A stretch of 64,000 nucleotides of DNA from Macrostomum lignano (Eukaryota), in the NCBI GenBank assembly GCA_002269645.1, contig NIVC01002655.1, forward strand, positions 1 through 64,000, in the 5' to 3' direction. The notes beneath the pieces were generated by a model. It was not told the DNA's origin, made no database searches, and was given only the letters and a program-made list of their open reading frames with translations. The translations under genes and the position numbers were made by a program. Below, one piece after another: positions 47,123 through 59,760 of this stretch (its first letter is position 1; each line of letters begins with the position of its first letter).

Positions 47123-48670
47123 TCATCCCCAATATCCCTCAGTGTGAGCTGCTGCCTCATCCCCAGTATCCCTCAGTGTGAGCTGCTGCCTCATCCCCAG
47201 TATCCCTCAGTGTGAGCTGCTGCCTCATCCCCAATATCCCTCAGTGTGAGCTGCTGCCTCATCCCCAATATCCCTCAGTGTGAGCTGCTGCCTCATCCCC
47301 AATATCCCTCAGTGTGAGCTGCTGCCTCATCCCCAATATCCCTCAGTGTGAGCTGCTGCCTCATCCCCAATATCCCTCAGTGTGAGCTGCTGCCTCATCC
47401 CCAGTATCCCTCAGTGTGAGCTGCTGCCTCATCCCCAGTATCCCTCAGTGTGAGCTGCTGCCTCATCCCCAATATCCCTCAGTGTGAGCTGCTGCCTCAT
47501 CCCCAATATCCCTCAGTGTGAGCTGCTGCCTCATCCCCAGTATCCCTCAGTGTGAGCTGCTGCCTCATCCCCAATATCCCTCAGTGTGAGCTGCTGCCTC
47601 ATCCCCAGTATCCCTCAGTGTGAGCTGCTGCCTCATCCCCAGTATCCCTCAGTGTGAGCTGCTGCCTCATCCCCAGTATCCCTCAGTGTGAGCTGCTGCC
47701 TCATCCCCAGTATCCCTCAGTGTGAGCTGCTGCCTCATCCCCAATATCCCTCAATGTGAGCTGCTGCCTCATCCCCAATATCCCTCAGTGTGAGCTGCTG
47801 CCTCATCCCCAGTATCCCTCAGTGTGAGCTGCTGCCTCATCCCCAATATCCCTCAGTGTGAGCTGCTGCCTCATCCCCAATATCCCTCAGTGTGAGCTGC
47901 TGCCTCATTCCCAATATCCCTCAGTGTGAGCTGCTGCCTCATCCCCAGTATCCCTCAGTGTGAGCTGCTGCCTCATCCCCAATATCCCTCAGTGTGAGCT
48001 GCTGCCTCATCCCCAATATCCCTCAGTGTGAGCTGCTGCCTCATCCCCAATATCCCTCAGTGTGAGCTACTGCCTCATCCCCAATATCCCTCAGTGTGAG
48101 CTGCTGCCTCACCCCAGTATCCCTCAGTGTGAGCTGCTGCCTCACCCCCAGTATCCCTCAGTGTGAGCTGCTGCCTCATCCCCAATATCCCTCAGTGTGA
48201 GCTGCTGCCTCATCCCCAATATCCCTCAGTGTGAGCTGCTGCCTCATCCCCAATATCCCTCAGTGTGAGCTGCTGCCTCATCCCCAATATCCCTCAGTGT
48301 GAGCTGCTGCCTCATCCCCAATATCCCTCAGTGTGAGCTGCTGCCTCATCCCCAATATCCCTCAGTGTGAGCTACTGCCTCATCCCCAATATCCCTCAGT
48401 GTGAGCTGCTGCCTCACCCCAGTATCCCTCAGTGTGAGCTGCTGCCTCATCCCCAATATCCCTCAGTGTGAGCTGCTGCCTCATCCCCAATATCCCTCAG
48501 TGTGAGCTGCTGCCTCATCCCCAGTATCCCTCAGTGTGAGCTGCTGCCTCATCCTCAATATCCCTCAGTGTGAGCTGCTGCCTCATCCCCAATATCCCTC
48601 AGTGTGAGCTGCTGCCTCATCCCCAATATCCCTCAGCTGTTGTCCTCTCCACAATATCCCTCAGTGTGAT
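47123..48670 (+). repeat. 34-bp minisatellite, about 45 copies
   Basis: CATCCCCARTATCCCTCAGTGTGAGCTGCTGCCT units. Confidence 0.97.
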
Positions 48671-48988
48671 CTTTTTGTGCTATGCAGGAACATTCTGAGA
48701 GTAACTTTATCTAGCATAAATTGCTAGAAAAATCATTCCTGAAGTTTTTTTATTTGTCAGTTATATTTACTCATTTTTTCGATAAACTACTTCGTGGAAG
48801 TAGTATTGTGGGAGAGTATTAGAGATTATCATTGTTTTTATTGTTATCATTAATACATAAAGATTAACAGCGAGTAACAACATCCATGCTTTTGTGCGAG
48901 CTTTGTGCAAACTATATAGGGAAATTTCGTGTCGAGAATATTACTAGGAATAGTAGTATTGTTGTTTCTGTCGGCCAGGTTGATAATT

Positions 48989-49522
48989 AAAGCCAATCAA
49001 GTGGGGAATCCCCATTCACTGCAGCAGCAGCCACTGTTGCAGAACTGCACTCGGCCATAGACAATAAAGCCAATCAAGTGGGGAATCCCCATTCACTGCA
49101 GCAGCAGCCACTGTTGCAGAACTGCACTCGGCCATAGACAATAAAGCCAATCAAGTGGGGAATCCCCATTCACTGCAGCAGCAGCCACTGTTGCAGAACT
49201 GCACTCGGCCATAGACAATAAAGCCAATCAAGTGGGGAATCCCCATTCACTGCAGCAGCAGCCACTGTTGCAGAACTGCACTCGGCCATAGACAATAAAG
49301 CCAATCAAGTGGGGAATCCCCATTCACTGCAGCAGCAGCCACTGTTGCAGAACTGCACTCGGCCATAGACAATAAAGCCAATCAAGTGGGGAATCCCCAT
49401 TCACTGCAGCAGCAGCCACTGTTGCAGAACTGCACTCGGCCATAGACAACAAAGCCAATCAAGTGGGGAATCCCCATTCACTGCAGCAGCAGCCACTCTT
49501 GCAGAACTGCACTCGGCCATAA
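48989..49522 (+). repeat. 77-bp tandem repeat, about 7 copies
   Basis: AGCC starts at 48991, 49068 and 49145 (period 77). The unit contains GGGGAATCCCC and TGCAGCAG...CTGTTGCA. Confidence 0.96.
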
Positions 49523-50062
49523 AGTCAGTCAAATGAAGAATTCCATTAAAAATCTGTTTTGAAATTCTCTTCTTGACTGACAACAGCGTCAGGATTTTGT
49601 GCTGATCGACAAAATCAGAAAGAGACAACAGCACAGCACACGGGTTGGTGGTATTTTGTGACAGGGCCAAAGCTCTGTAGCTATTATACACATAGGCATT
49701 TGTTCTTCGGGTATGGGTCATAAATCATTGCAGTGAATGTCTCTCAGTTCGAATGTGTTCAGTGAGCTCTTAAGCCAGCTCGGTGAAGGTTGCAGCTTCC
49801 TCTTGTTGCTGCTGCTGCTGCTGCTGCTGCTGTTGTTGCGGCTGCGTGAGTCCCGAATACGTTTCGAATTGAGATGAGCGACCTGACACGTCGTCACTCC
49901 TGTAAAAAGGCGAGTTGACTGAAGCATTCATTCTGAATGTTAGAGAAGCCATAAATGTAGTTTGTTGGAGAAGCTGAAATCTGTCTACTGTAATAACAAT
50001 AATTAATAACTGATTGCACCTGCCCCAATTGGGCCAGATGTGCAGCGACAGCTCAGCCGCAG

Positions 50063-50791
50063 CTATTGCGCGGCGCATCTGAAGGCAGAGTACGGCTGTT
50101 CAGTCCATGGACTGGGGGGTCGCCACACACCCTCAATTACCCCAGCTAATGCTGGCACCCATTTTACAGCTGGGTGAACTGAAGCAATGCAGAGTTTAGC
50201 GCGTTGCTCAAGGACACAAATTATTCCAGTGGGATAGAATCGAACCCCGACCTTCAAGTCGTGAGTCTGACGGCTATAACCAATGACTAATGTCTACTGT
50301 AGTTTGGTAGAGAATCTGCAATCTGCCTACTGTAGTTTGGTAGAGAATCTGCAATCCGCCTACTGTAGTTTGGTAGAGAATCTGCCATCCGCCTACTGTA
50401 GTTTGGTAGAGAATCTGCCATCCGCCTACTGTAGTTTGGTAGAGAATCTGCAATCCGCCTACTGTAGTTTGGTAGAGAATCTGCAATCCGCCTACTGTAG
50501 TTTGGTAGAGAATCTGCAATCCGCCTACTGTAGTTTGGTAGAGAATCTGCAATCCGCCTACTGTAGTTTGGTAGAGAATCTGCAATCCGCCTACTGTAGT
50601 TTGGTAGAGAATCTGCAATCTGCCTACTGTAGTTTGGTTCGCTCACCCGCTCATTCGGTATTCGGTTTTCACGTGACCACTCAGGTAGCTGGCGTACCCG
50701 GCCATGTCAGCAAAGCTGGCCACAGCGGCTGCGGTGTCAATGGAATTACCGATCATTGCCTTCCGCACCGTCTCTGAGTCATGCTGGAGCC

Positions 50792-50850
<59 letters not shown>

Positions 50851-52442
50851 CGCTGTTGCTGTTGCTGCTGCAAAAGCAGCTCCCCCGAAGTCGGCCGCCT
50901 CTTTTTTGTCGCCTTCTTCTTGGCAGCCAACTGGGCCGCGTAGTTGTCTCTGGCGCTCCAGCCGGGGTGCATCCGCATGTGAAGCTCCTTCTCTTTGCGG
51001 GCCAGCTCGTAGTATCTGGCCTGCTCGTCTCTGGACAGAGCGTGCCACTGCGGGTTGTTGGGGAGGAATTAGAGTATATGCCTGTCTTTTGGCATTTATT
51101 CAGGCAACTGCATAGTGATTGTTTAGTCACCTGTTTAGTGAGTGTTTAGACACCTGTTTAGTGAGTGTTTAGACACCTGTTTAGTGAGTGTTTATACACC
51201 TGTTTAGTGAGTGTTTAGACACCTGTTTAGTGAGTGTTTAGACACCTGTTTAGTGAGTGTTTAGACACCTGTTTAGTAAGTGTTTAGACACCTGTTTAGT
51301 GAGTGTTTAGACACCTGTTTAGTGAGTGTTTAGACACCTCTTTAGTAAGTATGAGCGTATTCAGACCCCCGTCTTGCTCAACTGCTATTAATTTTGCGCA
51401 ATGCATGTCATTCAGTCTGCTGCAATTGCTGGCACAGCCCTCACCTTCCGTCCCAGAATCTGGTTGATAGCCGCCGACTCCTTGAGAGTGCACTCAGCCA
51501 CCACCTTGGCTCGCATCTCCTTCATGAACAGCATGAATGCGTTCAGTGGCTTCTTGACGTGCGGCACCTTCTTGATGCCGCCGCTGTTGCCGCTGGCACC
51601 GCCGCTGCCGCTTGGCATCTTGCTGACGCCGGCGAGGCCTCCGGATTGACCGCCTCTGCTGCCCATTGCAGACGAAGAGGCTGCACCGCCTATGGCGGCT
51701 TCGTAGGCGTCGCAGCTGCCGCCCAGCTGATGCTGGACAGGAAGGCCGGTGTGGTATTGATGATGCTGCATAGCTCGCGGCTGCTGCTGCTGCTGCGGCG
51801 GCGGCGGCGTTGTGTACATCGCATGGTGATGAAAGCTTCCGTATCCGACTGCGCCATTGCTGCCACCGCTGACCATCCCGAATCTGCTGCCGCTGCCAAC
51901 GCTGCTGCTGGCCGAGTACGCAGCAGCAGCGGCCGCAGCTGCCGCCGCCGCCGCAGCCGAGTGGTCCACCATGCCGCCGCCGCTGCCGCCGCCGTTGCCA
52001 CCGGCGGCCCAGCAGCTGCCAAAGTCCACCGGGCTGCTGCCGTAGAATGCGGCAGCTGCTGCGGCACTCGGCGGCAGCGATGAAGGTGGCGGCGGCGGCG
52101 GTTGCGGAGCCAGCAGAGACTCCGCAGCGGCTGCCGCGGACGCTGAGCTGCAGTGCTGCAGGCTGTTGTAGACGGGCCGGCCGTAGCCTGCAAGCGCGTG
52201 GGATTTGCGGACTGCAGAGGAGCCTCTGGTGAAATTTGTCTGCTATTTATCAGCAAAAAATGCAGAGCCTGAAGGGAGTCAAGGCCTATAGACATGCATA
52301 AATAGGGGGGGGGGGTTTGACGTTCGTGGGGAGGGGGGGACAAAGGAGCAGCGCTTTCAAAGAGGGACCAGACTGAATACACAGAGGCTGCCGCATCGCT
52401 CTCACCGTGCGAGTCCTGCACTTGATGCTCGTAGCCGGACAT
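50063..52442 (-). CDS. TCF/LEF: TCF/LEF (pangolin-family) HMG-box transcription factor, about 398 aa, 4 exons
   Basis: Exons 52442-52406, 52187-51445, 51047-50647, 50078-50063. HMG box [40 protein letters not shown]|[36 protein letters not shown], basic tail KKKATKKRR, then poly-Q. The first and last coding exons are less certain than the HMG exons. Confidence 0.92.
50098..50290 (-). mobile_element. tRNA-derived CORE-type SINE in the last TCF intron
   Basis: Minus strand: A-box-like TAGTCATTGGTT, B-box GGTTCGATTC, then GTGTCCTTGAGCAA...CAGTTCACCCAGCTGTAAAATGGG resembling the CORE (MIR-type) domain. Confidence 0.7.
50293..50638 (+). repeat. 33-bp minisatellite in the last TCF intron
   Basis: CTACTGTAGTTTGGTAGAGAATCTGCAATCCGC units. 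Confidence 0.95.
51120..51350 (+). repeat. 23-bp minisatellite in the TCF HMG-box intron
   Basis: ACACCTGTTTAGTGAGTGTTTAG units. Confidence 0.93.
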
Positions 52443-53897
52443 TGCCTTGCTTTGCGCCGCTTTTTGCTTTTATTCACTCGCTTTTGCCCTTTTGCCCCTC
52501 TGTCTTTCTCTCTGTCGTCTGCTTCTTTTGTCAACTTTCCGTCTCTCCTGTGTGCTCTTCTGTCTCTAGAGCGTCTTCTTTTTCTTCTGATTCTTTCTGC
52601 TTCTAATTCCCGCTTTTGTGAAATTTGATTACCGCCGTTTGATCTGGCGGAGGGTTGGACGGCGCTGAGAGGGAGGGCGATCCTTTTATTTTATCCTGTA
52701 TGCTACGTCCTATTGACTTTGGTTACAGAAGGCCAGGGCTAGAAAATGAAACGCGCCTTTGTCCCTTCAAACGATTCAAAAAGATAAAAGTCGCGCACAG
52801 AGACGGTGCAGGGTTGCATTCGCCTCGGAATGAAAGGGGATTTCGGGGATTCGGCCGTTTTGAGGAAGGAGGGAGGGTTGAAATTATCTTTTTTAGCATC
52901 AAAGCCGGAGTCCCTGCGGGCCGCCCACCCCGCTCCGCACCGGCGGAAGAGACCTGCTGCTCAGGGGTCTCCCTTCAGTCAGTCTGTAATTCGCCATTGG
53001 CAACAGCAACCTTACGGGCGGACGTCGGGGTGGGGGCGAGTGGGGAACCCGCTTCCCATTGGCTGCTGCAGGCGCGCCGAGAATATTTCCATTTTGCAGC
53101 CTAAAATTCTTGCAAAATAATGCCGCCTTCATGGCGATATTGTATCAGGGTTTTCGTCCAGCTTGTTTGTTGAACTTTCAAATTTTCGACTAAGAGAAAG
53201 AATTGTTCAGCTTCAGCTGCTTCTGCTCTTCAACTGGAACTCGATGAAGAGTAGAGACGACAGAACTGGGTTCGGCTGGTTCGGTCAGGAGACGGCTCCA
53301 CCCCGATTCACCTTCGATGTTGCTTTTCCAATTCGTCATGCAGTCGATGCCGTGCCTGGCACAGACGCCGGGGACCCCAGCCGGCAAAGGAAGCCCCTCT
53401 GTGTGCCGCTGCTGCCAGTGAGGCACAAAGGCGGCTCGCGACCATAATTAACTATGCAGGCAGGCATCAAAGGAAAACAGCGGAGCCTTTGGCCAGCGGG
53501 CTGCGCTCGGAGGGGGGGTTCAGCAGAGACGTCTTTGATCTTCTCCTCTCCTTTGCCATGTCCGCCTTCCTTTGAGTCGCTTTCATCTTTGAGCCGTCGA
53601 GCTTCAACGTGGCGTAGCCCGCCCACCCCTTAAGCTCCTTAATCCCCCGGCCCCGTGTCGAAAACAGGGACGAGTGCCGAGATAATGTCTTTTCAGAAAT
53701 CCCATTTGCGGCAGCTCGTTCGAGACTGATGGAACAAAAAGTCTGCATGGCAAGTTCCCAGTCGGCAACATTCGAGAATGTCAAGATGTTTAACGATTCC
53801 TTCAGGTGAAGGTCCGGATTCTTCTCTGCCGTATATATTCTGTGGTGCACACTAGGGAAAGTCAGGGCCGCTGTACACCCTGTGTGATTGTGCGCTG

Positions 53898-54054
<157 letters not shown>

Positions 54055-54586
54055 AAAACTAAACTTCTACTGTAAAACATCTTCCTGCAGCCTCCCACTG
54101 ATACAGCGCAGCTGATTTCATCGAATGGTGAAGTAATTTGATGCGTTGTTTCTCTTTTTGAAGTAGTGTGCACGAGGCTCAGCTAGTAGAGCACGAGCAC
54201 ACCTTGGCCAAACTGTGATCTGCCTATCATTACCGATATTGTCATTCAGTCGAACGTGCGATCGCATTAGTAACTTTCTAAATGAGATGAAGCATGGTAA
54301 CTCCCACTGGGTGCTAGCATTATATTAATTAGCTAACTATCCCGTGTTCGGCGGTCCAGTTTCCGCGAAAGTCGCTTGACCGGCAACTCTACACTGCTCC
54401 ATGATCTTGGCTCGCATGAATGGCTCCAGCTATAGCAGGCGCTTGTAGGCATAGGCTGGCTTTGATGTCCAGCTATTACTCTCCACGCATCGCCACAAAG
54501 GGTAGAAGGATGGTTAGGAAATTGTATTTCTACCATAAATTAAAGGTTGTCCGGGATGTGGGACACGGCCGCTCTGCTGGGGCTAT

Positions 54587-55055
54587 CGCTGGCGCCTCTG
54601 GTGCTGGCGCCTCTGGTGCTGGCGCCTCTGGTGCTGGCGCCTCTGGTGCTGGCGCCTCTGGTGCTGGCGCCTCTGGTGCTGGCGCCTCTGGTGCTGGCGC
54701 CTCTGGTGCTGGCGCCTCTGGTGCTGGCGCCTCTGGTGCTGGCGCCTCTGGTGCTGGCGCCTCTGGTGCTGGCGCCTCTGGTGCTGGCGCCTCTGGTGCT
54801 GGCGCCTCTGGTGCTGGCGCCTCTGGTGCTGGCGCCTCTGGTGCTGGCGCCTCTGGTGCTGGCGCCTCTGGTGCTGGCGCCTCTGGTGCTGGCGCCTCTG
54901 GTGCTGGCGCCTCTGGTGCTGGCGCCTCTGGTGCTGGCGCCTCTGGTGCTGGCGCCTCTGGTGCTGGCGCCTCTGGTGCTGGCGCCTCTGGTGCTGGCGC
55001 CTCTGGTGCTGGCGCCTCTGGTGCTGGCGCCTCTGGTGCTGGCGCCTCTGGTGCT
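54587..55055 (+). repeat. 15-bp minisatellite (CTGGTGCTGGCGCCT)n
   Basis: About 31 perfect units, open in several frames. Confidence 0.98.
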
Positions 55056-55572
55056 CAATAAAATAAGCTACACCTCTTTCCCAAGCTCATTGCTAAGTCA
55101 CTAAATGTAATTTTTCGTTCTCATCTGTTCGTAACTCATTTCGAATCCTCCACTCAGAGACGAAAGCTTGGCCATTTATTCACGCAGGAAATTACAGGTA
55201 ACTCGCCGGTAACTCCTGGGGCCATGCAATTGCATGATTGCTCGTTCGAAAAATGTAGGACTGTAAACAGCCGGCTTAGTTTTTTATTTGCCGGTCCAAC
55301 AGAAAAAAAGTTGCGCCCAATTTCAGCACGATTAATGCCATCTGGTGCTGAGGCAGGTGCTGTGAGTGGAAACAATTATCCCTAATAATTCGGGACTAAA
55401 TTGGCTGCAGAATTTAAAATCCCGCAGCTGACAGCTGAGAGATTGCCGCAGTCGTTGGCCAACTCACTCTTGCATCAGGCAGTTTCATATGCAGACCTGC
55501 GTGAATTGGCTGCACTTGGAAACGTGATCCAAGGCCCACTGCAGAATAACAAGACGAAAAACGCCATGACCT

Positions 55573-55872
55573 CGTGTAATTTTTTAGGAGGCCAGTTCCG
55601 GAAAATACACTTCGGAGATAGGAAATAATCATTTTTTCATCTCATATTAAACGATATTTATGGACAATGAACAAATAAACAAAACAATATGAAAATGAAA
55701 CTTTCACTACACTCGTATATAAAATACCATGCTGTGTGTTCTAAGTAAATGAAACGGCAATCGTCACTTTCCCAGATCAAAGTAATCACTAAGAATCATG
55801 TGATGCAAAAATGATTATTTCTTATCTCCGCAGTGTATTTTTCCAGGAAATTGGCCTCCTAAAAATTACACG
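55573..55872. mobile_element. 300-bp MITE-like element with about 65-bp imperfect inverted termini
   Basis: CGTGTAATTTTTTAGGAGGCCAG...AAATAATCAT at the left and ATGATTATTTT...GGCCTCCTAAAAATTACACG at the right; no clear TSD. Confidence 0.6.
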
Positions 55873-56240
55873 GTTCTTGAGTTTTGCGTCCTGCTATACT
55901 ATATATATATAGTCGTCCTAAGCAAAATTAACTGCAGGATCTACCTTTATTCAAAGCCCCAATTATTATAGTCTATTGTATCTGCATGTGATTATAATAC
56001 AAATGAAGAAATTTGCGTGTATATACGTGTATAACGAAATTCTGCGGATGTCAGCCACTGGTGGTCTGTGCGCCAGCAGTTATATGATGCTCTCGACAAA
56101 TCGGATTTTCCCAGCGCAATTTTTTAACGAATTTGTCGATGGTTCGATATAGTTCTCAATAAAGCATAAAATGCACTGCTGATGATACAACAGCGCCGGC
56201 CTCCAGATCATTTCTAAGAATATCAAGTGAAGCGCTCAGC

Positions 56241-56569
<329 letters not shown>

Positions 56570-57080
56570 AACTTAGGCATAGATTACGGGTGTGGGTTAT
56601 AACAAACATTCCTAAATGATATGGTGCTTAACGTTTTTTGATAAAAATGTTAATATGTGTTTTTGACGTATATACAAAGCTATCTATAATTTTATAGACC
56701 GTCGGTATAATGATTTTTTGACAGGACAGGAGTTACAAATTTCACTGTTGCCAAGCTTAACATGCTATGCTAGAAATGCGCGCTAATAATGTCGAGTGAC
56801 TCAGTATAGTGACCCAGGTCATCTTTTGTGTCAATATTCTGTTTTCTTTCTATAAACCCCTCAGTTAGTTACCCTCTAATTGCTTGCCCTGATTATTATT
56901 CAAGTGATAGTGATAGGCGTAGGACTATTTTTACATTGTACTTACAGTTACACTTTAATATTTTAATCATCCATTTTACATCTCCTTTGAGTCTTGGAAT
57001 TAAGAGACCAATTGTTAAAGGCCTAAATCTTGTCTCTTCATTATTGAAAGGTTAAAATCGGCAAATTAAAACCCAATAGG

Positions 57081-57272
57081 ATGTTTTCAAGAAGAAGACA
57101 TTCAGCGCGGCTAAAGCTTCTGATCGGAGTGTCATTCATTGTTGCCTTCTTTTTTGTTTACTATGTCAGTACAATGTCACAACAAAGTACCAATCAGCAC
57201 GAACCAGAAAATGTCGCTCATAGTCATATTGATGATAAGGAAGATAAGCAAGTTGCTGAGCAAATAAAACGA
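57081..57272 (+). CDS. Probable first exon of a type II membrane protein (Golgi enzyme-like N-terminus); rest not resolved
   Basis: MFSRRRHSARLK basic tail, hydrophobic anchor LLIGVSFIVAFFFVYYV, polar stem, ending at the strong donor CGA|gtaagt. A phase-0 exon is possible at 58011-58067. Confidence 0.55.
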
Positions 57273-58449
57273 GTAAGTTTATTTACCAATCTATATTGTT
57301 TTGTACAGAGAAGAACTAGTTCTTTCCATTGGCTATTTAATTTTAATGAATCATGCTTGAGTGAGTGCTAGTCAGGAGTCTTCATGAAGTATAGGTCAAC
57401 TAGTTATTAATGTCAAATTTACACTTATAAGTTATTGTGATGTCAAAGGTAAATTGTATTTAATAAATTTAAATTAGGATATTGTCATAGGATCCTTATG
57501 AATTCTAGACTCTAGAAGGTTATATATACATAAAAAAATTCTGGCATCTAAATGACCCCTTTCAAGTTGGTGTACTAATTTTAGTATACAAATTTATGCC
57601 ATTTTTTGGCTTATAGCCTACAAATGACTGCGCAGTCATTTCGTTCAAATGCCATATTTTTGTCTACTGGCAGACAAAACAACTTTTTGAAAAAAAAAAT
57701 TATAGTATAGCTATATAGCTAGTAAAGCTAATTTTTCATAATTAAATATGGCAGTGCTTATCCCTATGGTACCGTAGGAATAATTTCTGTCTTATTCCAA
57801 TGGTACCATGGGAATAATTTTCTGCTTATCCGCATGGCACACTGACGAGATAGCTGTCATATCTTCTATTTGATGTGTTGCATTATTTAAGTTGGTTTAC
57901 TAATTGAAATAGGCTATCATTGGTTTAACTTACCTTGATCTATGGTTCTACCCAATGTACAATCAATGCAAATTATATATATCACAAGCTATGGAATGAA
58001 GTATTTATAGAAGGGAGACATCACAGGTTGCCAGAGTCAAACTTTCCATGCAGTTTTTATCCATAAGGTATGCCTTGAACTCATAGGAGTCCTTAAAAAA
58101 AGTTGGTTGCGCTTGGGCAATCGGTTTAAAAAAGAAGTCTATGTATTTCTCTGTCCCAATTGCTTCAGAAATGCATCTACTAATAATAGGTCTGCCTGCT
58201 AAGACCCAAAAAGGAATCAGCCAGGTGGCCGGGTCCTTGTAAATTTTTGGGAGCAGGTAAAAAATGCCAAGAATGGAAGTTCTCTCTGGGACAAAGAAAA
58301 GAAAACTTTTTTAAATATGAACTTTTTGTTACATAAATCAAGGAAGATCCCCCTAATGAATTTCGCAGTCTCAGGTTGCAGTGACTGGTCCAGCTATTGA
58401 TAGGCATTAGTGTCAAGCAATTGATTATAGGCTGCAAATTTGTAATCCT

Positions 58450-58534
<85 letters not shown>

Positions 58535-59132
58535 AGAAAGAGAGAGAGAGAGAGAGAGAGTTGAGAAAGAAGAAAGGAGAAAGGAGAGATGGAATAAAGA
58601 AGAGGGAAGAGAAGAGAGGAGTAAGGAAAGAGAGGAGTTAGAAGAGGGGAAAGAGAAGAGTACACAGGGCAGGAAAGAAGAGAGTAGAGATGACAGTAAA
58701 GAGAGGGGGTGAGAGAGCAAAGATGAAAGTGAACAGATGATATATGCGAGGAGAGTGGATAAAAAGAGAGAAGACAAGAGAGGGGAGAAGGAGAAAGGAG
58801 AGAAGAGAAGAGAAGAAATGAGAAATGAGAAAGGAAAGAGGTAAGAGAGGAGTCAAAAGAGGGGAAATAGAAAAGTACAAAGGAGAGAGGTAAGAGAGCA
58901 TGCGAGTATAAGAGAGTAAAGATAACAGATGAAGGAGGGGAGATAAGAGAGAAGAGAGGAGAGATAAGAAATAAGAGATGAGAGATGAGAGGTGAGACAA
59001 AGGGAGGGAGAGAAGTAAGTGAGGAGAGAGGAAGGGAGGGAGAGAATCGAGAAGACAGGGGAAAGGATGAGAGAAAGGAAAGAGGGGAGAGATAAGAGAG
59101 GAGAAGAGATGAGACAGGAGAGAGCAGAGAGA

Positions 59133-59197
<65 letters not shown>

Positions 59198-59760
59198 AGA
59201 GAGAGCAGAGAAATGATGAGAAGAAATAAGAGAGAAAAGGTAAAAGAAGAGAAAGAAGAGATAAGATGGCAAAGATGAAAGAGAAGAAAGGAGAGGAAAG
59301 AGGGGAGAGATAAAAGAGGAGAATAGAGATAAGACAGGAGAGAGCAGAGAGATGAGGGAAAGAGAGAGAGAGCAGAGAAATGAGAAGAAATAAGATAAAA
59401 AAGATAAAAGAAGAGAAAGAAGAGATAAGAGGGCAAAGATGAGAGAGAAGAGAGGTGAGGAAAGAGATGACAGGAGAGAGTGGAGAGAAGAGAGGAGAAA
59501 GGAGAGAGGAGAGATGAGGGAAATGTTGAGAGGGTAGTATAATGAGTTAGAAAAGAGGAGAAGGAAGAGAGAGGAGAGAGCGGAGAGAAATGAGAAGAGA
59601 TAAAAGAGGAGAAAGGACAGATAAGAGAGAAGAGAGGAGAGGAGAGAGAAAAGAATAAGAGGGGAGAGGGAAGAGACAAAAGAAGAGGGACAGAGGATAG
59701 AAGAAAGAAGAGATGAGAGGAGAGACAAGAGACAAGAGACAAGAGAGAAATGAGAAAACA
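58450..59760 (+). repeat. (GA)n and purine-rich low-complexity tract
   Basis: Two (GA)n runs within an A/G-only-like tract; explains the Leu/Ser-rich minus-strand ORFs. Confidence 0.95.

Noticed and set aside
47123-49522. 34-bp and 77-bp arrays as CRISPR arrays
   Set aside because: Units are head-to-tail with no unique spacers, there are no cas genes and the context is eukaryotic.
53500-53626. Minus-strand segment VEARRLKDESDSKEGG...EEKIKDV as a TCF beta-catenin-binding exon
   Set aside because: The resemblance to DE..FKDEGE is weak, an in-frame TAA lies just upstream, and there is no ATG or suitable phase-1 donor.
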